Positions 13,265 to 26,377 are shown, numbered from the stretch's first letter. The stretch is DNA of 64,000 nt from Lingula anatina (GCA_051362555.1 CM120640.1:29469967-29533966); one strand, 5' to 3'. Program-made: numbers and translations. The notes: generated by a model not told the origin, from the sequence alone.

Positions 13265-13475
13265 GTCAAAGGCCTGGATCAAATCTAGTCCCATGCATAA
13301 AAAGCCCAGACCCCATGTTTATTACGCCCTGGCTGGGCCCATTCTTTATGGTGTCTTTGCATTGTTTACAGCATAATGGACAAGTTAAGTGACCAAGTTA
13401 ATTGGCCAAGCTGCCGGTTTGTTTGTATGGCATGTGCAGAGGTTGTCTTAGATCAAGGTACATATTATGATACTT

Positions 13476-13715
13476 ACCGGTGAGCGGTTCCTGACACATA
13501 AACTCAACATGTTGTTTAAATCGTTGAAATTCTTGATATACATCGCCAGCGACCCAGTCTAGCTTTGGTTTCTCAAACACAAAGTTGGCTGCCATTCCTG
13601 GTTTGGGTTCCTGGACTCTGACACCATGTAATGTCTTTAAACAAAAGACAAGCCATCTCATGCAAGATGTTGGAAACTTTATTAAACTTGACATATGTTA
13701 CAAAAGCCTCTTGAG
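13476..13715 (-). mobile_element. Ty3/Gypsy LTR retrotransposon remnant: 3' part of 5'LTR, PBS, gag N-terminus
   Basis: Minus strand: AATAAA (~13683), LTR end ..TTACA (13627) abutting TGGTGTCAGA (tRNA-Leu-type PBS), then ATG at 13595: MAANFVFEKPKLDWVAGDVYQEFQRFKQHVEFMCQEPL. This resembles the 'P.LDW....L...F..FKQH.E.MF.GPL' gag start of invertebrate Gypsy elements (recognised from memory, not searched). Confidence 0.7.
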
Positions 13716-13796
13716 CTAGCTGATAGCAATTTAGCGTGAACCCCCAGGGAGTTAGGTCAATCCAGATGGATCAATCTAAGTATGGGAACCCAGTCT
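13716..13796 (+). mobile_element. 3' fragment of the MITE family at 5939-6163
   Basis: GCAATTTAGCGTGAACCCCCAGGGAGTTAGGTC is identical to 6082-6114. Confidence 0.65.
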
Positions 13797-14590
13797 AAGT
13801 CATGGAATTTGCCAGTGTTTTCAGAGTAATTATCAGTTTTCTCAAATACATCATCCAAAGAAAATGCTTTTCATTAGACTCAGACAACTGATCAGCTGAA
13901 CACAGATTTTTATTGTTGTTAAGCATCATTTGCAAAAATTTCATTAATATTGGACAAGATTTGATAAAATTATTAACGTTTAACTATTTTAAGTCATGGG
14001 ATTTGCCAGTCTTTTCAATGTAATTTTCAGTTTTTTCAGTTATATTGTTCTTTTTCCAGAGTACCTTTACCATGAAAAAGCAGGTTGTGAAAGACAGCAC
14101 CAAGAGCAGCAATATGTCCTATCCATGTGTACAATACATGATATGTGGCAAGATTTAGGACATTGTCAAATATTGTGCTAACAGCAACCCATTCCAGAAA
14201 CCCATTGCAAGGAGTAATCTGCATCTGGCATTGATAGTAAGGAGAAGTCTTGTATGGGTATATATTGTTTTCCAGATGACAGTTATAGGTAATTGGCAAC
14301 CTTCTACACAAATAAACTCAAATCATCACATTTTCTGTTTTCTTCATGACAAAACAATATATTGCAATATTGAAATATTTGTTTTGGTGAATTCTCACTC
14401 TTCTGATTATAAATTTCCAATAAACTTGACACTTAAAAAAAAGACATAGATGGCTGATCAGCTTATTACAGATTTTTATTGTTGTTAAGCATCTTTTGTA
14501 TAGATTTCAGAAACATTGGACAAGATTTGTCAAAATTATTACATTTAACTACTTATGTCACGGAATTTGCCATTGTTTTTTTAGAGCAAA
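13797..14590 (+). repeat. Isolated diverged copy of the composite satellite unit (about 2.5 monomers + 1 spacer)
   Basis: Monomer CAGACAACTGATCAGCT..CAGATTTTTATTGTTGTTAAGCATCATTTG.. and spacer AGTACC..CATGAAAAAGCAGG..CCAAGAGCAGC..GTAAGGAGAAGTCTTGTATGGGTATATATTGTTTTCCAGATGACAGTTATAGGTAATT align to the array at 29164-64000. Confidence 0.9.
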
Positions 14591-15873
14591 AATTGACTTG
14601 TTTTAATTATTGATTAAAACAGGCTGTTAGTATGACCCAAGCTGTAAAAAAGCCGATGAAATTCTTAAAACATTGAATGACTTGAAATGGAATTTTATAA
14701 TTTTTTTTTCTATATCATTTTGCACATCAAAGTATTTTATTATAGCAAACTGCTAACAACACATTTCTAACCAAGGCGTTACTTTCCAAAGAATAAAAAA
14801 CAGTTTTTTTTTTATTTTGTGTGTGTGTGTCTGTCAGGGTAGGAGACGTAGGGCGTGCACGGAAATCCTCCTTTCTGGCAATTGTCAATGTTGACTGGTA
14901 TGTACCGGTAATGGTCCGGGAGAATCGAGATAGTCGAGTTACAAGTTTTAATGCTATAGTATTTGACCTCAGAGTCTGTCTCAGCATGATTGTGACGGTG
15001 CCCATTAATTTCATTATATTGTGCTAGTGTAGGCAGCGATAAATCATAGAGGGCGTTGATATGAAAATTTTTCTTAAAATTTCTCCAGAGTGTCATAATA
15101 AAAAAATTTAAAATTCAAAACTTTTGGTACTGAATGCACTTATTTCAAAAGTGTCCAAATTCCATGAATTTCATTTATATGAAAAAAGAGTACCATGTAA
15201 CAGTGGTAACCGTACTTAGGTCCCAGCAGGCGATACATTTTATTGTCTGGGAATTCACGTCGAGACGTTGATGATTTGTAAATTTTTACCTATTTATAAT
15301 AACACACTTTATATTAATGATCATGGGCCTATTTGATCAATACTTTTATCAAGCTTTATTATTTTCTCTCGTAGCGGCTCAAATCATATATCTAGACTCT
15401 TTAACACCAGAATATGCATGAATATCCGATTACAAATTATTTTTGCAAGAAGGAGTTAAGACAGACTCGAGCAAGCTGTAGCTTCAAAATCAACGGGACG
15501 CAGTGCGTCAGGAGAGACGACACATCCCATTTGAAGGAAAGAACATGGGCTATCCTTTGCCAAAATGGTCAGATAAAGCTGACATTTGCCCTTGGGTTGT
15601 ATTCTAATACTCATGATAAAAAGTGATTCTGTAAAGTTCAGTATGATAAGTCACTTATGCTTAAAAGTGATTCTGTAAGTGATTCGGGGTTTTCCATTTA
15701 TTGGGTTAACAAGTCTTACATTATAATGTATAACAGAAAGTGAAAAAGCGGGGTAATTTAAGGAAAAATAGACCTAATAGAGCTGCAGTTCAAACATGGA
15801 CTGTATTTGTTGTAATATGAATTACTCCAGTTAGTTTGAGAATAGCAAAGAAAAAGCCTCACGGTTTTTATTT

Positions 15874-18800
15874 GTTATGTACAGACACAGATGTGTCTGT
15901 ACATATAGCCATCACCTGCGTCTGTCGTCACCGTCCCTGTGCACTTTTACCGATAACACGTTAAGTGGAAAATCATTTTTTCTTTTGGCTTGAAACTTAC
16001 AGAACTGATGAATATTCATAATACGCAGGTCAAGTTCGAAAATCAGCATGATCGGGCCATTTATATTGAAGTTATGCAGTTTTTTCACTTTTTTCAGCAT
16101 TTATGCAACACCGATAACACAATATTTGAAAAACCATTTTACCATGTGTCTGTACATATAGCCATCACCTGCGTCTGTCGTCACCGTCCCTGTGCACTTT
16201 TTCCGATAACACGTTAAGTGGAAAATAATTTTTTCTTTTGGCTTGAAACTTACAGAACTGATAAATATTCATAATACACAGGTCAAGTTTGAAAATCAGC
16301 ATGATAGGAACATTTTCATGGAAGTCAGCTGTTTTTTTTTCACTTTTTTCAGCATGTATGCAACCCTGATAACACGATAAGTGAAAAACCGCTTTACTTT
16401 TTGGCTTGAAACTTACAGAACTGATGACTATCTATAATACGCAAGTCAAGTTTGAAAATTGGCATGATCAGAGCATTTTTATAAAAGTTTTGCTGTTTTT
16501 TCACTTTTTTCAGCATATATGCAACACCTATAACACATTTTAAGGAAAATCGATTGGCCAATTGTCTTGAAATTCACAGTAGTGATCAGTGTTACTGAAA
16601 TACAGATTAAGTTTTGAAAATAAGCTTGATCAGTAAAGGTTTGGTGAAGTTATGCCTTTTTTTTTGTATATAAGTGTTTTTTTCCTCAAATTTAATTCTC
16701 AGGCATGCTAACAGTCTCATTTTTGAAATAATTAGATATGTTAAGTTGTTCTTTTGACATTTTCTGCATCTTAACAACATTGTTAGTTGATTATATAACA
16801 AGCCAAAAGAAAAAACAGTTTTCCACTTATCGTGTTATCGGTAAAAGTGCACGGCGATGTCTGTACATAAAAATGATGGTTAACCTGATATTGTGTATTG
16901 TGTAATGTGTCAAAAATGGAAAAAAACATCTCTTTACAGTTTGTCAGATTCATCCATTCACTATGTTCAGAATTTCATTTATAATTGTTCTATTGATATT
17001 TTTGCTTTGACAACATATTTTTTGATTGATCATATAAAAATGACAGTAAATTGATTATTTTGCTTTATGTAAAAAAGGTGAAAATGGAAATAAACTCTTT
17101 CTATACAGTTTTCTCTTGTTTACATTTTGGGATTTTCAAAGTATGACTCTGAACTCTATGGGCTAGTCACATTTTCTGAATATCCATGATACATTTATTT
17201 CATTATTAAAAAATTTATGGTTATTATGCTGTTAAGCATTGTGTTATATTGCATCAAAATTGAACAAAACCCTATTCTGGGCACTGCCTCTGTAGTGGCG
17301 GTGAAAGGAAAACCATGTCACTTGCTCTTCTCACACTTACAGGAAAAATTGTCTTATTAGTTAATTGTTTGGAAGTAATACAGGTTTTTTGTGAAAATTT
17401 TTATCTTTCACATGTTGCAATTTTCAGTGAGGGACTTAGAGCTCCCTTGGGCATGAAGCCCAGTGGTAATCAAATTTTCTTAATGTCCATGTTTTTAATA
17501 GTAGATATTTTAAAATTGGTGGTATTTAATTAGTTAATCATAATGTAATGTTGCATCAAAATTGACAAAAAACCTACTTTGTGCTCTTCCACCATTAATA
17601 TTATGGAAAGTAAAGTGTTACTTTCTATTTTTTAACTATTCTTACAAGAATGATTCTTAGGATTGACATACAGCTCATATTAGAGAACCAGCTCTATTGG
17701 ATTATCATTTTTATTAAATTTATAAATTTTTTGTGAAATTTTCATTTTTCTCATTCTGGCACTTTCTAATTGTAAACTTGAACTCTGATGGGCCTGGAGC
17801 CTTATGCTTTTACTTTCATCAGTGTTACCTGTTGTGCAAAATTAAAATTTGATATTGACTGTGCAGTAAACATAATGTATTATTGCATCAGAATTGGCAG
17901 TCTCCTGTTTTATTTTGTGCATTATTGTTTTCTGCTTTTCTTAAGGTGTGACTTATCCCCTTGGGTATTCACTAGGCTAATTTCATTGCTATAAAATCAT
18001 TTGCCTAATTAAGCGGCCATTAAATGAAATTTCATAAAGCACACTTGTTGCTATTTCCCTGTAAACTCCCAAAGGTTAAGCTCTCTGCTAGATAACATAG
18101 TGTCCATAATAAGGAAACAGTGAATAGCAGCTTCATTGGAATTATATTTTTGTTTTTTTTTTTTTAATTTTTTCTCCAACACTGGCATTTTTAAGATGTG
18201 ATTTTTAACTCCCATCCACCTGAGGCTCTGCACATTTTCAGTATTTCCACATAAGCAGTTGTATTGGTATTTATGTCTTTAAACACGCTGTAATATTATT
18301 TTATGCACTGTCATCATTTTTATGTACAGACACAGATGTGTCTGTACATATTGCCATCACCTGCGTCTGTCGTCACCGTCGCCGATGCCGATGCCGGTGC
18401 CAGTGCCGATGCCGATGCCGTCGCCGTGCACTTTCCTTGCAAACACGATAAGTGGAGGACAGTTTTACTTTTTGGCTTTATATTTACAGAGCTGATGAAT
18501 ATTCATAAAACACAGATCAAGTTCGAAAATCAGCATGATCGGGCCATTATTGTAGAAGTTATGCTGTTTTTTCACTTTTCAGCATATATGCAACCCTGTA
18601 AACACATTTTAAGGAAAACCGTTAAGCCTGTTGTCACGAAACTTACAGGAGTGGTCAATCTTACTAAAACGCAGGTTGACTTCGAAAATCAGCAAAATCG
18701 GGGCATTATTTTAGAAGTTATGCTGTTTTTTCACATTTCCTCAGATTCAACTCTTAGGCATGTTAACAGTCTCATTATTGAACTAATAAGATATGTAAAA

Positions 18801-20788
18801 GTGTTTGTTTGACATTTCCTGCATCTTTACAACATTGTTAGTTGATTTTGTAAAAAAGATGCTAAACTTGTTATCGTGTATTGTGTAATAAAGTGTCAAA
18901 AATGGAAATAAACTCATATCATTGCAGTTTGTCAGATTCAATCATTCACTATGTTCAGAATCTCAGAATGGAGGAAATTGGACATTTAACACTATTCTAT
19001 TGATATTTTTCCCATCTCATCAATTTTCTTAGTTGATCATATAAAAATTGCAGTAAACTGTTTATTTTGTTTTATGTTAAAAAAAGTGTTAAAAATGGAA
19101 ATAAACCCATACCATGTCAGAACAGTGCTGTCTTGTTTCACATTTTCTCAGATTCAATTCTTAGGCATGTTAACAGTCTCATTATTTAATTAATAAGATA
19201 CGCAAAAGTGTTTGGTTGACATTTCCTGCATCTTTACAACATTATTAGTTGAATATGTAAAAATGATGGTAATCTTGTTAACGTGTATTGTGTAATAAAG
19301 TTTCAAAAATGGAAATAAACTCATATCATTGTAGTTTGTCAGATTCAATCATTCACTATGTTCAGAATCTCAGAATGGAAGAAATTGGACATTTAACACT
19401 GCTCTATTGATATTTTTCCCATCTCATCAATTTTCTTAGTTGATCATTTGAAAATGGCAGTAAACTGTTTATCTTGTTTAATGTTAAAAATTGTTAAAAA
19501 TGAAAAAAAAAAATTCAGAACAGTGCTGCCTTGTTTACATTTTGGCATTTTTAAGTTGTGACTTTGAAGTTCTATGGGCCTGAAGACCTTTGCTAGTCAC
19601 AATTTCTGAATATCCATAATACTAATATTTTATTATTAAAAAATTGATGGTCATTATGCTGTTAAACATTATGTAATATTGCATTAAAATTTGAAAAAAA
19701 AACTATTTTGGGCACTGCTCCCATGATGACAATTTAAGAAAAACCATGTCACTTATTGTTCTCAAACTTACAGGAAAGAAACATGGGACTAAAATACAGC
19801 TTCAGTAGGCAATGCAGTCTGTTTAGTAATTCTTACTGCCAGTTAAACATTTTTTTTTTTTTTTTTTGAAACTTTAATTTTTCACATATTGGCATTTTCA
19901 AGGTGTGACTTTGAAGTTCCACGGGCTTGAAGACCCATGCTACTCACATTTTCTGAAAATCCATGATACATATATTTTATTATTAAAAATTGACGGTCAT
20001 TATGCTGTTAACCATTATGTAATATTGCATCAGAATAGAAGAAAACACAATTTTGGGTGCTGCTGCCATGATGACCATTATGGGAAAACCATGTTACTTA
20101 TCATTGCCAAACTTTCAAAAAAGGAATACAGGACTAAAATTCAGTCTGAGTTGGAAAAGCAGTCTAATTGGCTTTTTTTCTGAAAGTTATACATTTTCAA
20201 AGTGTGAACTTGAACTCCCATGGGCCTGAAGCCTTAAGCTTGTTACACATTTTACTTAATTGGTATTACTTGTTGAGCATAATTAAAATTTGATGTTGAA
20301 TTTGCAGTTTAACATAATGTACTTTTGCATCAAAATTGACAGTAGCCTATTTTGTGCATAGTTATTTCCTGTTTTTTGTCTGTACATTTGACAGCTTTGC
20401 TGCCTTGTTCATATATTGGGACTTTCATCATGTGAATTTTAACTCTCATGGTCCTGAAACCGTAATCCTATTGAAGGGGTGGATTGAGACCATTTTCTGG
20501 GTCTCCTGGAAGACAGTCAGATTTTAACGTTTATATTAACGGGTTTCTGTTGGAAGACCATCAAAATGGAGGATGGATCAACAAAGATACTTTGGAATAC
20601 TGTCAGAAAATATCACTGGAACTGCTCCTGTTATTGACCATGTTACCTGTTGTGCATGATTAAAAATCAGTGTTGACTGACTGTGCTATTATAAGCATAT
20701 ATTATTGCATCAAAATTGACAAAATGACCTATTTTGCATCTTTTTTTCTGTATTTTGTCTGTACATTTGACAGCTTTGCTGCCTTGTT
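15874..20788 (+). mobile_element. Large non-autonomous Helentron (HINE) with internal tandem repeats, outer copy
   Basis: 5' hairpin ATGTACAGACACA-GA-TGTGTCTGTACAT (15877-15904); 3' subTIR TGTCTGTACAT + GACAGC-TTT-GCTGCC hairpin + TTGTT (20756-20788); internal diverged repeats. Confidence 0.7.
18317..20409 (+). mobile_element. Second copy of the same HINE family, apparently nested in the first
   Basis: Same 5' hairpin at 18322-18349, (GCCGAT)n microsatellite at ~18380-18425, ~408-bp internal duplication (18732 vs 19139), same 3' end at 20377-20409. Confidence 0.7.
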
Positions 20789-23700
20789 TATTTTTTATTT
20801 TTTTATTCATGCATTTTTGGTGCGTAAATAATTCTTTCGCTATATTTCTATGTTCCTTTATTCATCTATTTGGTTGGCTATTACAGTTGTGACTGTTTTC
20901 GTTCTTTTCTATTTTTGGTATATACTGGCCTATGTATAAATTACATATATTTTTCTTTTGTTCCCTCAAGGAGAGGACATAATACTGTGAGATTTTCTTG
21001 CTTTTCCTGCTTTTCTTTCCTTTGTATAAACCTTGCTTTAAAAATTCCAGTTTCGGGAGAATCTGCCCAGTGCGGACGGCTCCTACAATTTCTTTATATA
21101 GAGGTGCAAATCAAAGCTATTAAAAGTGGATGGCTTGATTGGTAGCTATATAAACAAACATCAATCATCATACTGGTGATCAAGTATAGCTGTCGAACAA
21201 TGAATACGCCGTAGAGAACGGACTGTCCCCAGGATTATTTAAATAAGTAAATTAAAATATAGGCGAGAGGAGGTAAAAGAACTATTCCGGCGTCAGCTAG
21301 GTAATAATTAAAAGTATACAATATATGAGAATGTAAAGACTTAATGTGTTCATCATATTTTAGTAGCATTCTGTTTATAATAATTATTTTATGAATTTTA
21401 AATTTTACATTAAAGAAACCTTGGATTTTTTACTTTTATTACTGTTTATTACAATTTAGTCTAGTTCTGATTTATATAATATATATCTTAACTATTTTTA
21501 TCTATAAACTTCTTTGTATTTTATGTTGTACAGTCTATTGAACATTTTATGGATTTTAGACTAGAAATAAATATATTATTATTATTCATTTTTTCTTTTC
21601 GTATCTTTCTTTCGCTCTTTTTTATTTACACATTTACATGAATCATTTATATGTTTATTTAGTTATATTTTTGTTTATTAATTTTTTTTTACTTGTTTGC
21701 TTGTTTCCAAAAATATGTTTTATATAATTTAGTTCTCCCAAATTTTAAATTACAATATTTCCCTTAGTTATTAGTGTGACATGGGTTCGCACACCGCTGT
21801 GGTGAGACTGTGTGGAGTTGGTTGAGTTAGAGGCGTACACGTTCACCAAGAACCTCTCCCCTGAAATTCTCGTGGAATTCGACACGCCTAGTGATCAGCC
21901 CGAGGCCGAGGTTAAATATGTCGCGATGGGTCGCTTCACTTGGAGAATTCGATTTTGGCTATAAAAAGAAATAAGCGTCACACCCACTTCCCACATGAGA
22001 GGGAAATTTTCAAAGTGGATATGATGACAGCGGTGACTTAGACTTAAATTAGACTTAAATAACGTTTATTCACATTTCAGCTATCGATCTGAAACTTTAA
22101 CGTCAAATAAGACAATTTGAAGGCTTTTCCTCCCGTTCTTCCAAAAGAGACCTTTACACGAAAATAATTAAAGCTTATTCAAATTCAAATATAAACAGGA
22201 AATCATTATCTTAAAGTGAAAGCCTTATACAATTCTGACTTTTGAGGGGCATTGGGTACTTTTTTCGATGTTTGTAGAAAAATTCAAACTTCTACTCCTT
22301 TTTTTTCAACTTTTCTTGTTTTACTTTAAATTCAGAAATACATGAGTAAATAAAGTATTAATGAGTAAATAAAGTATATAGACGTGCAATAAACAGATAT
22401 TCTTTACAGTTTTGGGTGCCCGTGTTTAACTTAAAAAGTCTCGGTCTTCTTTTCTATACTAGCAAGCAGTTTCTTTAGTTATGTTGAAAATAAATCCAAG
22501 CTACACTCCTGGTTGGAGATTGTCGGCAAACACATTATCTACGTACACGTTAAATGTCTTAATGTCTACCTTTTATTATTATCTGCCTGTGATGCAAACA
22601 ACGTAGTTTAGAGAAAGCAGATGCGTATAGTATGAGTATCTCCAGCGTTATGATTTCGGTTTAGAGATATTTTGTAACTTATCATTCTTGCATAAACGGC
22701 CAGTTGTCAGCACGTTAAGTATTTTTTACTCTTAAACGGGGCCGCACTGCGGGACGCAGAAAGGACGCCGTCCAGTGTAAAGGGGGCTTTAGAGAATCGG
22801 CACATTACATTCACAGAATGGAGTTAAAGTCTATCTAAGGAAATGTGCAATTATTTTTATGTTAAACGTGGTGTAGGGAAGGGGATAGATACCTTTGAGT
22901 TTTATTTTCAGTAAATGCGATGATGACAGATATTGATTTTCCCTTCCCGAAATAAGCAGAATAGGCCTGAACAAATGCTTCCAACTTGACTTGCTGCTAT
23001 ATCAAACTTTAGTTTATTTACAACAAACAAGATTATTTTCCGCACTTAAACAGTAGGACTAAGAGAAGACTAAAAAAACACATTTTGACACAATCCAAAA
23101 AATTTAATTGTAATTTTGACACAAGTGAAGGCGATTTTAAGTTTGAGCGTAATATACATGTACTTGTGTGTCACGAACATTATTAAGGAGCGCGTAATCG
23201 GATGATTATCAATTTATACAATTACAAGTTGTCTTATAAATTTGCCCGAGAACTACCATGACGAGGAATTGTAGTGACCAAGAAGATCTTTTTACTTCTG
23301 AATATTTTGACTGTTAGGCCTATGCCTAATTTTCGCTTAAAAAAGAGAGGGAGAAAGAGAGAAAATATCCCAATAAAATTCACCCTTGTCGTACACATAT
23401 AAATAGAAATGCAGGCAAAATATAAATGGAAACCTTAGAGTCTGACACGCATTTTTTCCCATATATCATAATTATAACCTAATATCGTAGGCGTGCGGTT
23501 TTCACCCAAAAGTCGCGTCGTTTGCAGTGCATCTCTGAAACGCGTTTTAAATTACTATCTATTCCTCACTCGTGGAATGATTGTGTTAGTGCAGAAAATT
23601 TCTTTCACACCAGGTGATAACCAAAAACTTTGATAATATTTTTGAATCACCATTAAGATCATGAAGATCATCAGCATTATAAATCTCCAGTCATATATTA

Positions 23701-24638
23701 CTGAAGGGGGGGGGGGGGGGGGGGCTTAATTTGCATATAAGAGAAAAAATTATTTTTTTCTGATTCTGGCTTGTCTGCAATTTTTTTCATTATTTTCAAA
23801 ACGTCATGTTCCGTTTTGCTCACAAATCGAGACACTTTTGATCCACACGCACTGTTGTAAGGTATGTAATTAGAAATAACTTATATATCACAGACGTGTA
23901 TCACGTTGTCACTCCACAGCCATAAAACTCGACGATAGCAGCACGGTTATAAAAGTAGGTCAATTGCCTATATAAAATGGCCATAGGATTATTAATTTTT
24001 TAGTTTGTACTGTTTTAGGGGGGAGACAGAGGTGGGAGATGTATGAAGATACAAGCAAAATATTTTAGTTGCATGGGGTTACTGACATGGAAAGTCAGAA
24101 TATATTGCAAACTTTTAAGGAACAGATTAAAACTAGCCCACATCTCCAGCTTCTCCATGTAGAACTTTATAGATGCCACGGTCCCTCTCTATTTCATCTG
24201 ACTCTCCTTAAAATTTTTCAGACCGCGTTAACTGTTCAGCTCCTGGGAAGCGCGAAGCATCCAGCGTTGCAGAAGACGCTGATGCTCTGCAGTGGACACA
24301 TCGCACTCACAAGAGGGGGTAAAGGTTTTCTAGGGAAATGTTGTTTTTTATTACATCTGACGAATTACGTGATAAAGGAAAGAAAATTGACTTTTTTGAA
24401 TTTATATTGACTAAGTGCAATAAAAGATACTGATATTTCTCAAAATTGGCAGAAAAAAAACGCAAAAGAAGATCACCTATCTCCCCTATGAATCCTTACA
24501 TGGCATATCCTATTCGTGAACTTTTGACCTACTTTCACATAGCTTTCACACTCCTACACACGCTGAGATTGTATGGTATCAGTAGAAAGGGGGCGTATTG
24601 GTGGGGGGGGGGTAGAAAAATTCTAATGTGACTGTTAA

Positions 24639-24973
24639 AGGGATAATAACTCTTCGTATGAGGTCTATATTTCACAATAAAAACATTGTGAATAACTCAT
24701 AGAAATATAATATATTCTGTTGTATGACAAAAACGGCAGTTATAGCTATTATTCTGATATCTGAGCTTGTCTTCAGACCACGTGACCTCCATTGATGGCT
24801 ATACTCTGTTATAATCTCTTAAGAGATTTTAACAAAAAACAGACATTTTAGAAAAAATTCAGGGACTTACTTTGAATGTAAAAATGGATTCATTAACCAT
24901 TGGTAAGAATGGGAAAATTGTTGTTTACTCCAGGAAAATTCATTTTTTGGCCAAAACGAAGAGTTATATCCCT
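24639..24973. mobile_element. Kolobok-like MITE
   Basis: TTAA|AGGGATAATAACTCTTCGT ... ACGAAGAGTTATATCCCT|TTAA: AGG termini with a TTAA TSD. Confidence 0.75.
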
Positions 24974-25328
24974 TTAATGTTCATGAAGATATGGTTTTTC
25001 TGTTTGTATATGCTACGTCTATAGCATATATTTTGGGTTCATGCACAATATTACAAACAGCTAGATTATTCGACCGAGGTCAATGGTTTTATACATGTTA
25101 TATTTTATACAATAAAACATTTTATTTTAAAAGATAGACCTGAATTGAGAGCGTTGGCAACGGGGAAGAGGAATTTTGCTGATCTGCACGTTCCGCACTT
25201 AATTATAATTTTAATCTGGTTCGTTTCTTTTATGGTGATTTAGCTAGGACAAACAGTGAAGCGATGCACAATTCAATCATTGGATTTGGCTCTCTATCGC
25301 CCCCCCCCCCCCTTTGCGCCTGTGTGTG

Positions 25329-26339
25329 CAGGGGCGTAACCAGACCTTTAAAAATTGTACGCACAGATTTTAAAAATTCCCAGCAAAATGTAGACTAACG
25401 CAAGAGATGAGAGACAGCGTAATTACAGCATACTAGTATGTACCACACATCGCAGCTTAATTTCCATTAATAAAAAAAACCATCATTTAGTCAGAAATAT
25501 TCTCGCAATTAAAAAAGTTTCAATATTCTTATTACCCAGAACGGTATATTTATTTAAAAGGAGGCTAGCTTCGCATATGTGGAACCCCCTTCGAATAATC
25601 CTGGATCCACCTCTGAGTTGAACCAGGGAATTATATCCGATATAATTCGATATATCCGATATAATTCCCTGGTTGAACTAACATACGGTTTCATTCACCT
25701 TACATGTGGATGCATGGCTCCCAAAAACAACCAATTGTACGACACGACAGAGCTCTGATACATCTAAGTTTAATTATTTGTTTGTAAAAATTGCCCATGT
25801 CACCTTGTTAGTTTGGAGGGGTAAGCTGGGTCAAGTCCGTGTCAAAATTCTTTGAAGCTTTGCAGGAAAAATTCTTCATTTGTTTCGCTAGCTCCTTCTT
25901 AAACCTGGTGTCCAGATTTTATCTAGTGCCCCCAGGGTTGCGGGAGCTGCTCATTGAAAATAACACTAGGCAGATTTTTACCTGAGATAAATATCGCCAG
26001 ATATTCTCAAGAAAGAGGGTACAGAAGAGTTGAGGGCCACTGAACCCTCCAATTAAGAGGTAAAGGAAGTTTCAGTTAGACGGACGATTAAGATAGGACT
26101 TGTTAAGGTTACAGGCATTGTTTACCTCAGTTTGCAAGACGGGAGGGAGGGGGGGGGGGTCAGAACAATTGTGCCTATACAGTTGATACAGAGGATTTGT
26201 ACATACAGGTGACTTTAATAAGCAGAGGATTTTCTTTTATATTCCGTGAAAAATACACTAAATTTATATAAAATAACATCATGGTTGGCCAAAAAATTGT
26301 ACGCACAGTGCATCCGTGCGTATGCCTAGTTACGCCCAT

Positions 26340-26340
<1 letters not shown>
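25329..26340. mobile_element. hAT-like non-autonomous element inserted in a GT tract
   Basis: TIRs CAGGGGCGTAACCAG / CTAGTTACGCCCATG; subterminal direct repeat AAAAATTGTACGCACAG near both ends; TG repeats on both flanks (TSD ambiguous). Confidence 0.65.
25624..25671. mobile_element. 48-bp mini TIR element (P-element-like)
   Basis: Perfect 14-bp TIR CAGGGAATTATATC / GATATAATTCCCTG with a perfect 7-bp TSD GTTGAAC (25617-25623, 25672-25678). Confidence 0.7.

Positions 26341-26375
<35 letters not shown>
26341..26375. repeat. (GT)n microsatellite
   Basis: Direct read. Confidence 0.9.

Positions 26376-26377
<2 letters not shown>

Noticed and set aside
14036-14449. Long open frames on both strands of the seed spacer
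   Set aside because: No recognisable protein motif; the plus frame has an internal TAG; not preserved in array copies.
18303-18812. 169-aa ORF, the longest in the window
   Set aside because: It lies over the HINE 5' end and its microsatellite (ADADAGASADADA), is not conserved as an ORF in the sister copy at 15.9 kb, and has no Rep/helicase motifs.
21775-21995. GC-richer island, possible SINE or tRNA remnant
   Set aside because: No convincing A/B boxes, cloverleaf or TSD, and only a single copy in the window.
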